Shown in pieces: positions 13,501-26,700 of a stretch of 64,000 nucleotides of DNA (the stretch's first letter is position 1; the number at the start of each line of letters is the position of its first letter). The position numbers were made by a program, and so were the translations under genes. Under the pieces are notes generated by a model. That model searched no databases. It had not been told where the DNA came from and was given only the letters and a program-made list of their open reading frames with translations. The stretch comes from the human T2T-CHM13v2.0 reference genome, Homo sapiens. The stretch lies in NCBI RefSeq assembly GCF_009914755.1, contig NC_060936.1; one strand, written 5' to 3'.

Positions 13501-14984
13501 AACTGGAAACTGCACAAATAGGGTGTTTCAAATCTGCTCTGTCTAAAGGAAGGTTCAACTCTGTGAGTTGAATACACACACCACAAATAAGTTACTGAGA
13601 ATTCTTGTGTCGAACATTACATGAAGAAATCCCGTTTCCAACGAAGGCCTCAAAGAGGTCCAAATATCCACTTGCAGACATTACAAACAGAGTGTTTCCA
13701 AACTGCTCAATCAAAAGAAAGTTTAAACTCTGTGAGCTGAACACACACATCAAAAAGAAGTTTCTGTGAATGATTCTGTCTAGATTTTATAAGAAGATGT
13801 TTCCTTTTCTACCGTAGGCCTCAAAGCGCTTGAAATCTCCAGCTGCAAATTCCACAAAAAGGGTGTTTAACATCTGCTCTTCTAAAGAAAAGTTCAACTC
13901 TATGAGTTGAATACACACAGCACAAAGAAGTTACTGAGACTTCTCCTATCAAACATTATATGAAGAAATCCCGTTTCCAACGAAGGCCTCAAAGAGGTCC
14001 AAATATCTGCTTGCCGACTTTACAGACAGAGTGTTTCCAAACTGCTCTATCAAAAGAAAGGTTAACCTCCTTGAGTTGAACACACACATCACAAAGTAGT
14101 TTCTGTGAATGATTCTGTCTAGTTTTTATACGAAGATGTTTCCTTTTCTACCTTTGGTCTCAATGCGATTGAAATCTCCACATGGAAACTCCACAAAAAG
14201 AGTGTTTCAAATCTGCTCTTTCTGAAGGAAGGTTCAACTCTGTGAGTTGAATACACACACCACAAATAAGTTACTGAGAATTCTTCTGTGTAACATTATA
14301 TGAGGAAATCCCGTTTCCAACGAAGGCCTCAAAGAGGTCCAAATATCCACTTGCAGACTTTACAAAGACAGTGTCTCCAAACTCCTCCATCAAAAGAAAG
14401 CTTATACTCTGTGAATTGAACGCACACATCACAAAGTAGTTTCTGAGAATGATTCTGTCTAGTTTTTATACGAAGATATTTCCTTTAATACATTTGGCCT
14501 AAAAGCGCTTGAAATCTCCACGTGCAAATATGACAAAAAGAGGGTTTCACATCTGCTCTGTCTAAAGGACAGTTCACCTCTGTGAGTTGAATAGAGGCAA
14601 CACATAGAACTTACTCAGTATTCTTCTTTCTAGCGTTATATGAAGAAATCCCGTTTCCAACGAAGGCCTCAAAGAGGTCCAAATATCTGCTTGCAGACTT
14701 TACAGACAGAGTGTTTCCAAACTACTCTATGAAAAGAAAGCTTAAACTCCTTGAGTTGAACGCACACATCACAAAGTAGTTTCTGAGAATGATTCTGTCA
14801 AGTTTTTATACAAATGTATTTCCTTTTCTATGGCCTCAAAGCAATTGAAATCTCCAACTGGAAACTGCACAAATAGGGTGTTTCAAATCTGCTCTGTCTA
14901 AAGGAAGGTTCAACTCTGTGAGATGAATATACACACCACAAATAAGTTACTGAGAATTCTTCTGTCGAACATTACATGAAGAAA
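10579..14984 (-). repeat. 26-monomer super-HOR copy 3, 4406 bp (3-bp deletion near 12775)
   Basis: Same dimer order; tgccg marker at 12278; ttataagatg replaces ttataagaagatg. Confidence 0.87.
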
Positions 14985-17900
14985 TCCCGTTTCCAACTAA
15001 GGCCTCAAAGAGGTCCAAATATCCACTTGCAGACTTTACAGACAGAGTGTTTCCAAACTGCTCCATCAAAAGAAAGGTTAACCTCCTTGAGTTGAACACA
15101 CACATCACAAAGTAGTTTCTGTGAATGATTCTGTCTAGTTTTTATACGAAGATGTTTCCTTTTCTACCTTTGGCCTAAAAGCGCTTGAAATCTCCACCTG
15201 CAAATATCACAAAAAGAGGGTTTCACATCTGCTCTGTCTAAAGGACAGTTCACCTCTGTGAGTTGAATAGAGACAACACAAAGAACTTACTCAGTATTCT
15301 TCTTTCTAGCGTTCTATGAAGAAATCCCGTTTCCAACGAAGGCCTCAAAGAGGTCTAAATATCTGCTTGCAGACTTTACAGACAGAGTGTTTCCAAACTA
15401 CTCTATGAAAAGAAAGCTTAAACTCCTTGAGTTAAACGCACACATCACAAAGTAGTTTCTGAGAATGATTCTGTCTAGTTTTTATACGAAGATGTTTCCT
15501 TTTCTACATTTTGTCTCAAAGCGATTGAAATCTCCAACTGGAAACTGCACAAATAGGGTGTTTCAAATCTGCTCTGTCTAAAGGAAGGTTCAACTCTGTG
15601 AGTTGAATACACACACCACAAATAAGTTACTGAGAATTCTTGTGTCGAACATTACATGAAGAAATCCCGTTTCCAACGAAGGCCTCAAAGAGGTCCAAAT
15701 ATCCACTTGCAGACATTACAAACAGAGTGTTTCCAAACTGCTCAATCAAAAGAAAGTTTAAACTCTGTGAGCTGAACACACACATCAAAAAGAAGTTTCT
15801 GTGAATGATTCTGTCTAGATTTTATAAGAAGATGTTTCCTTTTCTACCGTAGGCCTCAAAGCGCTTGAAATCTCCAGCTGCAAATTCCACAAAAAGGGTG
15901 TTTAACATCTGCTCTTCTAAAGGAAAGTTCAACTCTATGAGTTGAATACACACAGCACAAAGAAGTTACTGAGACTTCTCCTATCAAACATTATATGAAG
16001 AAATCCCGTTTCCAACGAAGGCCTCAAAGAGGTCCAAATATCTGCTTGCAGACTTTACAGACAGAGTGTTTCCAAACTGCTCCATCAAAAGAAAGGTTAA
16101 CCTCCTTGAGTTGAACACACACATCACAAAGTAGTTTCTGTGAATGATTCTGTCTAGTTTTTATACGAAGATTTTTCCTTTTCTACACTTGGTCTCAATG
16201 CGATTGAAATCTCCACATGGAAACTCCACAAAAAGAGTGTTTCAAATCTGCTCTGTCTAAAGGAAGGTTCAACTCTGTGAGTTGAATACACACACCACAA
16301 TTAAGTTACTGAGAATTCTTCTGTGTAACATTATATGAGGAAATCCCGTTTCCAACGAAGGCCTCAAAGAGGTCCAAATATCCACTTGCAGACTTTACAA
16401 AGACAGTGTCTCCAAACTCCTCCATCAAAAGAAAGGTTATACTCTGTGAATTGAACGCACACATCACAAAGTAGTTTCTGAGAATGATTCTGTCTAGTTT
16501 TTATACGAAGATATTTCCTTTTCTACATTTGGCCAAAAAGCGCTTGAAATCTCCACCTGCAAATATCACAAAAAGAGGGTTTCACATGTGCTCTGTCTAA
16601 AGGACAGTTCACCTCTGTGAGTTGAATAGAGGCAACACAAAGAACTTACTCAGTATTCTTCTTTCTAGCGTTCTATGAAGAAATCCCGTTTCCAACGAAA
16701 GTCTCAAAGAGGTCCAAATATCTGCTTGCAGACTTTACAGACAGAGTGTTTCCAAACTACTCTATGAAAAGAAAGCTTAAACTCCTTAAGTTGAACGCAC
16801 ACATCACAAAGTAGTTTCTGAGAATGATTCTGTCTTGTTTTTATACAAAGTTATTTCCGTTTCTATGATTGGCCTCAAAGCGATTGAAATCTCCAACTGG
16901 AAACTGCACAAATAGGGTGTTTCAAATCTGCTCTGTCTAAAGGAAGGTTCAACTCTGTGAGTTGAATACACACACCACAAATAAGTTACTGAGAATTCTT
17001 CTGTCGAACATTACATGAAGAAATCCCGTTTCCAATGAAGGCCTCAAAGAGGTCAAAATATCCACTTGCAGGCATTACAAACAGAGGGTTTCCAAACTGC
17101 TCCATCAAAAGAAAGGTTAAACTCTGTGAGCTGAACACACACATCAAAAAGAAGTTTCTGTGAATGATTCTGTCTAGATTTTATAAGAAGATGTTTGCTT
17201 TTCTACCGTAGGCCTCAAAGCGCTTGAAATCTCTAGCTGCAAATTCCACAAAAAGGGTGTTTAACATCTGCTCTTCTAAAGGAAAGTTCAACTCTATGAG
17301 TTGAATACACACAGCACAAAGAAGTTACTGAGACTTCTCCTATCAAACATTATATGAAGAAATCCCGTTTCTAACGAAGGCCTCAAAGAGGTCCAAATAT
17401 CTGCTTGCCGACTTTACAGACAGACTGTTTCCAAACTGCTCCATCAAAAGAAAGGTTAACCTCCTTGAGTTGAACACACACATCACAAAGTAGTTTCTGT
17501 GAATGATTCTGTCTAGTTTTTATACGAAGATGTTTCCTTTTCTACCTTTGGTCTCAATGCGATTGAAATCTCCACATGGAAACTCCACAAAAAGAGTGTT
17601 TCAAATCTGCTCTCTCTAAAGGAAGGTTCAACTCTGTGAGTTGAATACACACACCACAATTAAGTTACTGAGAATTCTTCTGTGTAACATTATATGAGGA
17701 AATCCCGTTTCCAACGAAGGCCTCAAAGAGGTCCAAATATCCACTTGCAGACTTTACAAAGACAGTGTCTCCAAACTCCTCCATCAAAAGAAAGGTTATA
17801 CTCTGTGAATTGAACGCACACATCACAAAGTAGTTTCTGAGAATGATTCTGTCTAGTTTTTATACGAAGATATTTCCTTTTCTACATTTGGCCAAAAAGC

Positions 17901-20751
17901 GCTTGAAATCTCCACCTGCAAATATCACAAAAAGAGGGTTTCACATCTGCTCTGTCTAAAGGACAGTTCACCTCTGTGAGTTGAATAGAGGCAACACAAA
18001 GAACTTACTCAGTATTCTTCTTTCTAGCGTTCTATGAAGAAATCCCGTTTCCAACGAAGGCCTCAAAGAGGTCCAAATATCTGCTTGCAGACTTTACAGA
18101 CAGAGTGTTTCCAAACTACTCTATGAAAAGAAAGCTTAAACTCCTTGAGTTGAACGCACACATCACAAAGTAGTTTCTGAGAATGATTCTGTCTTGTTTT
18201 TATACAAATGTATTTCCGTTTCTATGGCCTCAAAGCAATTGAAATCTCCAACTGGAAACTGCACAAATAGGGTGTTTCAAATCTGCTCTGTCTAAAGGAA
18301 GGTTCAACTCTGTGAGTTGAATACACACACCACAAATAAGTTGCTGAGAATTCTTCTGTCAAACATTACAGGAAGAAATCCCGTTTCCAACGAAGGCCTC
18401 AAAGAGGTCCAAATATCCACATGCAGACATTACAAACAGAGTGTTTCCAAACTGCTCCATCAAAAGAAAGGTTAAACTCTGTGAGCTGAACAGACACATC
18501 AAAAAGAAGTTTCTGTGAATGATTCTGTCTAGATTTTATAAGAAGATGTTTCCTTTTCTACCGTAGGCCTCAAAGCGCTTGAAATCTCCAGCTGCAAATT
18601 CCACAAAAAGGGTGTTTAACATCTGCTCTTCTAAAGGAAAGTTCAACTCTATGAGTTGAATACACACAGCACAAAGAAGTTACTGAGACTTCTCCTATCA
18701 AACATTATATGAAGCAATCCCGTTTCCAACGAAGGCCTCAAAGAGGTCCAAATATCTGCTTGCAGACTTTACAGACAGAGTGTTTCCAAACTGCTCCATC
18801 AAAAGAAAGGTTAACCTCCTTGAGTTGAACACACACATCACAAAGTAGTTTCTGTGAATGATTCTGTCTAGTTTTTATACGAAGATGTTTCCTTTTCTAC
18901 CTTTGGCCTAAAAGCGCTTGAAATCTCCACCTGCAAATATCACAAAAAGAGGGTTTCACATCTGCTCTGTCTAAAGGACAGTTCACCTCTGTGAGTTGAA
19001 TAGAGGCAACACAAAGAACTTACTCAGTATTCTTCTTTCTAGCGTTCTATGAAGAAATCCCGTTTCCAACGAAGGCCTCAAAGAGGTCTAAATATCTGCT
19101 TGCAGACTTTACAGACAGAGTGTTTCCAAACTACTCTATGAAAAGAAAGCTTAAACTCCTTGAGTTAAACGCACACATCACAAAGTAGTTTCTGAGAATG
19201 ATTCTGTCTAGTTTTTATACGAAGATGTTTCCTTTTCTACATTTGGTCTCAAAGCGATTGAAATCTCCAACTGGAAACTGCACAAATAGGGTGTTTCAAA
19301 TCTGCTCTGTCTAAAGGAAGGTTCAACTCTGTGAGTTGAATACACACACCACAAATAAGTTACTGAGAATTCTTGTGTCGAACATTACATGAAGAAATCC
19401 CGTTTCCAACGAAGGCCTCAAAGAGGTCCAAATATCCACTTGCAGACATTACAAACAGAGTGTTTCCAAACTGCTCAATCAAAAGAAAGTTTAAACTCTG
19501 TGAGCTGAACACACACATCAAAAAGAAGTTTCTGTGAATGATTCTGTCTAGATTTTATAAGAAGATGTTTCCTTTTCTACCGTAGGCCTCAAAGCGCTTG
19601 AAATCTCCAGCTGCAAATTCCACAAAAAGGGTGTTTAACATCTGCTCTTCTAAAGAAAAGTTCAACTCTCTGAGTTGAATACACACAGCACAAAGAAGTT
19701 ACTGAGACTTCTCCTATCAAACATTATATGAAGAAATCCCGTTTCCAACGAAGGCCTCAAAGAGGTCCAAATATCTGCTTGCCGACTTTACAGACAGAGT
19801 GTTTCCAAACTGCTCTATCAAAAGAAAGGTTAACCTCCTTGAGTTGAACACTCACATCACAAAGTAGTTTCTGTGAATGATTCTGTCTAGTTTTTATACG
19901 AAGATGTTTCCTTTTCTACCTTTGGTCTCAATGCGATTGAAATCTCCAGATGGAAACTCCACAAAAAGAGTGTTTCAAATCTGCTCTTTCTGAAGGAAGG
20001 TTCAACTCTGTGAGTTGAATACACACACCACAAATAAGTTACTGAGAATTCTTCTGTGTAACATTATATGAGGAAATCCCGTTTCCAACGAAGGCCTCAA
20101 AGAGGTCCAAATATCCACTTGCAGACTTTACAAAGACAGTGTCTCCAAACTTCTCCATCAAAAGAAAGCTTATACTCTGTGAATTGAACGCACACATCAC
20201 AAAGTAGTTTCTGAGAATGATTCTGTCTAGTTTTTATACGAAGATATTTCCTTTTCTACATTTGGCCTAAAAGCGCTTGAAATCTCCACGTGCAAATATC
20301 ACAAAAAGAGGGTTTCACATCTGCTCTGTCTAAAGGACAGTTCACCTCTGTGAGTTGAATAGAGGCAACACATAGAACTTACTCAGTATTCTTCTTTCTA
20401 GCGTTATATGAAGAAATCCCGTTTCCAACGAAGGCCTCAAAGAGGTCCAAATATCTGCTTGCAGACTTTACAGACAGAGTGTTTCCAAACTACTCTATGA
20501 AAAGAAAGCTTAAACTCCTTGAGTTGAACGCACACATCACAAAGTAGTTTCTGAGAATAATTCTGTCAAGTTTTATACAAATGTATTTCTTTTTCTATGG
20601 CCTCAAAGCAATTGTAATCTCCAACTGGAAACTGCACAAATAGGGTGTTTCAAATCTGCTCTGTCTAAAGGAAGGTTCAACTCTGTGAGTTGAATACACA
20701 CACCACAAATAAGTTACTGAGAATTCTTCTGTCGAACATTACATGAAGAAA
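14985..20751 (-). repeat. Irregular HOR block: 4-mer + 8-mer + 8-mer + 6-mer + 8-mer
   Basis: Units start at 14985 (A/B/C chimera + D), 15665, 17024, 18379 and 19398. No D/B-containing 12-mer is present. Confidence 0.8.
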
Positions 20752-23700
20752 TCCCGTTTCCAACGAAGGCCTCAAAGAGGTCCAAATATCCACTTGCAGA
20801 CATTACAAACAGAGTGTTTCCAAACTGCTCCATCAAAAGAAAGTTTAAACTCTGTGAGCTGAACACACACATCAAAAAGAAGTTTCTGTGAATGATTCTG
20901 TCTAGATTTTATAAGAAGATGTTTCCTTTTCTACCGTAGGCCTCAAAGCGCTTGAAATCTCCAGCTGCAAATTCCACAAAAAGGGTGTTTAACATCTGCT
21001 CTTCTAAAGGAAAGTTCAACTCTATGAGTTGAATACACACAGCACAAAGAAGTTACTGAGACTTCTCCTATCAAACATTATATGAAGAAATCCCGTTTCC
21101 AACGAAGGCCTCAAAGAGGTCCAAATATCTGCTTGCAGACTTTACAGACAGAGTGTTTCCAAACTGCTCCATCAAAAGAAAGGTTAACCTCCTTGAGTTG
21201 AACACACACATCACAAAGTAGTTTCTGTGAATGATTCTGTCTAGTTTTTATACGAAGATTTTTCCTTTTCTACCTTTGGTCTCAATGCGATTGAAATCTC
21301 CACATGGAAACTCCACAAAAAGAGTGTTTCAAATCTGCTCTGTCTAAAGGAAGGTTCAACTCTGTGAGTTGAATACACACACCACAATTAAGTTACTGAG
21401 AATTCTTCTGTGTAACATTATATGAGGAAATCCCGTTTCCAACGAAGGCCTCAAAGAGGTCCAAATATCCACTTGCAGACTTTACAAAGACAGTGTCTCC
21501 AAACTCCTCCATCAAAAGAAAGGTTATACTCTGTGAATTGAACGCACACATCACAAAGTAGTTTCTGAGAATGATTCTGTCTAGTTTTTATACGAAGATA
21601 TTTCCTTTTCTACATTTGGCCAAAAAGCGCTTGAAATCTCCACCTGCAAATATCACAAAAAGAGGGTTTCACATCTGCTCTGTCTAAAGGACAGTTCACC
21701 TCTGTGAGTTGAATAGAGGCAACACAAAGAACTTACTCAGTATTCTTCTTTCTAGCTTTCTATGAAGAAATCCCGTTTCCAACGAAGGCCTCAAAGAGGT
21801 CCAAATATCTGCTTGCAGACTTTACAGACAGAGTGTTTCCAAACTACTCTATGAAAAGAAAGCTTAAACTCCTTAAGTTGAACGCACACATCACAAAGTA
21901 GTTTCTGAGAATGATTCTGTCTTGTTTTTATACAAATGTATTTCCGTTTCTATGATTGGCCTCAAAGCGATTGAATTCTCCAACTGGAAACTGCACAAAT
22001 AGGGTGTTTCAAATCTGCTCTGTCTAAAGTAAGTTTCAACTCTGTGAGTTGAATACACACACCACAAATAAGTTACTGAGAATTCTTCTGTGTAACATTA
22101 TATGAGGAAATCCCGTTTCCAACGAAGGCCTCAAAGAGGTCCAAATATCCACTTGCAGACTTTACAAAGACAGGGTCTCCAAACTCCTCCATCAAAAGAA
22201 AGGTTATACTCTGTGAATTGAACGCACACATCACAAAGTAGTTTCTGAGAATGATTCTGTCTAGTTTTTATACGAAGATGTTTCCTTTTCTACATTTGGC
22301 CTATAAGCGCTTGAAATCTCCACCTGCAAATATCACAAAAAGAGGGTTTCACATCTGCTCTGTCTGAAGGACAGTTCACCTCTGTGAGTTGAATAGAGGC
22401 AACACAAAGAACTTACTCAGTATTCTTCTTTCTAGCGTTATATGAAGAAATGCCGTTTCCAACGAAGGCCTCAAAGAGGTCCAAATATCTGCTTGCAGAC
22501 TTTACAGACAGAGTGTTTCCAAACTACTCTATGAAAAGAAAGCTTAAACTCCTTGAGTTGAACGCACACATCACAAAGTAGTTTCTGAGAATGATTCTGT
22601 CTTGTTTTTATACAAATGTATTTCCGTTTCTATGGCCTCAAAGCAATTGAAATCTCCAACTGGAAACTGCCCAAATAGGGTGTTTCAAATCTGCTCTGTC
22701 TAAAGGAAGGTTCAACTCTGTGAGTTGAATACACACACCACAAATAAGTTACTGAGAATTCTTCTGTCGAACATTACATGAAGAAATCCCGTTTCCAACG
22801 AAGGCCTCAAAGAGGTCCAAATATCCACTTGCAGACATTACAAACAGAGTGTTTCCAAACTGCTCCATCAAAAGAAAGGTTAAACTCTGTGAGCTGAACA
22901 CACACATCAAAAAGAAGTTTCTGTGAATGATTCTGTCTAGATTTTATAAGAAGATGTTTCCTTTTCTACCGTAGGCCTCAAAGCGCTTGAAATCTCCAGC
23001 TGCAAATTCCACAAAAAGGGTGTTTAACATCTGCTCTTCTAAAGGAAAGTTCAACTCTATGAGTGGAATACACACAGCACAAAGAAGTTACTGAGACTTC
23101 TCCTATCAAACATTATATGAAGCAATCCCGTTTCCAACGAAGGCCTCAAAGAGGTCCAAATATCTGCTTGCAGACTTTACAGACAGAGTGTTTCCCAACT
23201 GCTCCATCAAAAGAAAGGTTAACCTCCTTGAGTTGAACACACACATCACAAAGTAGTTTCTGTGAATGATTCTGTCTAGTTTTTATACGAAGATGTTTCC
23301 TTTTCTACTTTTGGCCTAAAAGCGCTTGAAATCTCCACCTGCAAATATCACAAAAAGAGGGTTTCACATCTGCTCTGTCTAAAGGACAGTTCACCTCTGT
23401 GAGTTGAATAGAGACAACACAAAGAACTTACTCAGTATTCTTCTTTCTAGCGTTCTATGAAGAAATCCCGTTTCCAACGAAGGCCTCAAAGAGGTCTAAA
23501 TATCTGCTTGCAGACTTTACAGACAGAGTGTTTCCAAACTACTCTATGAAAAGAAAGCTTAAACTCCTTGAGTTAAACGCACACATCACAAAGTAGTTTC
23601 TGAGAATGATTCTGTCTAGTTTTTATACGAAGATGTTTCCTTTTCTACATTTGGTCTCAAAGCGATTGAAATCTCCAACTGGAAACTGCACAAATAGGGT

Positions 23701-26700
23701 GTTTCAAATCTGCTCTGTCTAAAGGAAGGTTCAACTCTGTGAGTTGAATACACACACCACAAATAAGTTACTGAGAATTCTTGTGTCGAACATTACATGA
23801 AGAAATCCCGTTTCCAACGAAGGCCTCAAAGAGGTCCAAATATCCACTTGCAGACATTACAAACAGAGTGTTTCCAAACTGCTCAATCAAAAGAAAGTTT
23901 AAACTCTGTGAGCTGAACACACACATCAAAAAGAAGTTTCTGTGAATGATTCTGTCTAGATTTTATAAGAAGATGTTTCCTTTTCTACCGTAGGCCTCAA
24001 AGCGCTTGAAATCTCCAGCTGCAAATTCCACAAAAAGGGTGTTTAACATCTGCTCTTCTAAAGAAAAGTTCAACTCTATGAGTTGAATACACACAGCACA
24101 AAGAAGTTACTGAGACTTCTCCTATCAAACATTATATGAAGAAATCCCGTTTCCAACGAAGGCCTCAAAGAGGTCCAAATATCTGCTTGCCGACTTTACA
24201 GACAGAGTGTTTCCAAACTGCTCTATCAAAAGAAAGGTTAACCTCCTTGAGTTGAACACTCACATCACAAAGTAGTTTCTGTGAATGATTCTGTCTAGTT
24301 TTTATACGAAGATGTTTCCTTTTCTACCTTTGGTCTCAATGCGATTGAAATCTCCAGATGGAAACTCCACAAAAAGAGTGTTTCAAATCTGCTCTTTCTG
24401 AAGGAAGGTTCAACTCTGTGAGTTGAATACACACACCACAAATAAGTTACTGAGAATTCTTCTGTGTAACATTATATGAGGAAATCCCGTTTCCAACGAA
24501 GGCCTCAAAGAGGTCCAAATATCCACTTGCAGACTTTACAAAGACAGTGTCTCCAAACTTCTCCATCAAAAGAAAGCTTATACTCTGTGAATTGAACGCA
24601 CACATCACAAAGTAGTTTCTGAGAATGATTCTGTCTAGTTTTTATACGAAGATATTTCCTTTTCTACATTTGGCCTAAAAGCGCTTGAAATCTCCACGTG
24701 CAAATATCACAAAAAGAGGGTTTCACATCTGCTCTGTCTAAAGGACAGTTCACCTCTGTGAGTTGAATAGAGGCAACACATAGAACTTACTCAATATTCT
24801 TCTTTCTAGCGTTATATGAAGAAATCCCGTTTCCAACGAAGGCCTCAAAGAGGTCCAAATATCTGCTTGCAGACTTTACAGACAGAGTGTTTCCAAACTA
24901 CTCTATGAAAAGAAAGCTTAAACTCCTTGAGTTGAACGCACACATCACAAAGTAGTTTCTGAGAATGATTCTGTGAAGTTTTTATACTAATGTATTTCCT
25001 TTTCTATGGCCTCAAAGCAATTGTAATCTCCAACTGGAAACTGCACAAATAGGGTGTTTCAAATCTGCTCTGTCTAAAGGAAGGTTCAACTCTGTGAGTT
25101 GAATACACACACCACAAATAAGTTACTGAGAATTCTTCTGTCGAACATTACATGAAGAAATCCCGTTTCCAACGAAGGCCTCAAAGAGGTCCAAATATCC
25201 ACTTGCAGACATTACAAACAGAGTGTTTCCAAACTGCTCCATCAAAAGAAAGTTTAAACTCTGTGAGCTGAACACACACATCAAAAAGAAGTTTCTGTGA
25301 ATGATTCTGTCTAGATTTTATAAGAAGATGTTTCCTTTTCTACCGTAGGCCTCAAAGCGCTTGAAATCTCCAGCTGCAAATTCCACAAAAAGGGTGTTTA
25401 ACATCTGCTCTTCTAAAGGAAAGTTCAACTCTATGAGTTGAATACACACAGCACAAAGAAGTTACTGAGACTTCTCCTATCAAACATTATATGAAGAAAT
25501 CCCGTTTCCAACGAAGGCCTCAAAGAGGTCCAAATATCTGCTTGCAGACTTTACAGACAGAGTGTTTCCAAACTGCTCCATCAAAAGAAAGGTTAACCTC
25601 CTTGAGTTGAACACACACATCACAAAGTAGTTTCTGTGAATGATTCTGTCTAGTTTTTATACGAAGATTTTTCCTTTTCTACCTTTGGTCTCAATGCGAT
25701 TGAAATCTCCACATGGAAACTCCACAAAAAGAGTGTTTCAAATCTGCTCTGTCTAAAGGAAGGTTCAACTCTGTGAGTTGAATACACACACCACAATTAA
25801 GTTACTGAGAATTCTTCTGTGTAACATTATATGAGGAAATCCCGTTTCCAACGAAGGCCTCAAAGAGGTCCAAATATCCACTTGCAGACTTTACAAAGAC
25901 AGTGTCTCCAAACTCCTCCATCAAAAGAAAGGTTATACTCTGTGAATTGAACGCACACATCACAAAGTAGTTTCTGAGAATGATTCTGTCTAGTTTTTAT
26001 ACGAAGATATTTCCTTTTCTACATTTGGCCAAAAAGCGCTTGAAATCTCCACCTGCAAATATCACAAAAAGAGGGTTTCACATCTGCTCTGTCTAAAGGA
26101 CAGTTCACCTCTGTGAGTTGAATAGAGGCAACACAAAGAACTTACTCAGTATTCTTCTTTCTAGCTTTCTATGAAGAAATCCCGTTTCCAACGAAGGCCT
26201 CAAAGAGGTCCAAATATCTGCTTGCAGACTTTACAGACAGAGTGTTTCCAAACTACTCTATGAAAAGAAAGCTTAAACTCCTTAAGTTGAACGCACACAT
26301 CACAAAGTAGTTTCTGAGAATGATTCTGTCTTGTTTTTATACAAATGTATTTCCGTTTCTATGATTGGCCTCAAAGCGATTGAATTCTCCAACTGGAAAC
26401 TGCACAAATAGGGTGTTTCAAATCTGCTCTGTCTAAAGTAAGTTTCAACTCTGTGAGTTGAATACACACACCACAAATAAGTTACTGAGAATTCTTCTGT
26501 GTAACATTATATGAGGAAATCCCGTTTCCAACGAAGGCCTCAAAGAGGTCCAAATATCCACTTGCAGACTTTACAAAGACAGGGTCTCCAAACTCCTCCA
26601 TCAAAAGAAAGGTTATACTCTGTGAATTGAACGCACACATCACAAAGTAGTTTCTGAGAATGATTCTGTCTAGTTTTTATACGAAGATATTTCCTTTTCT

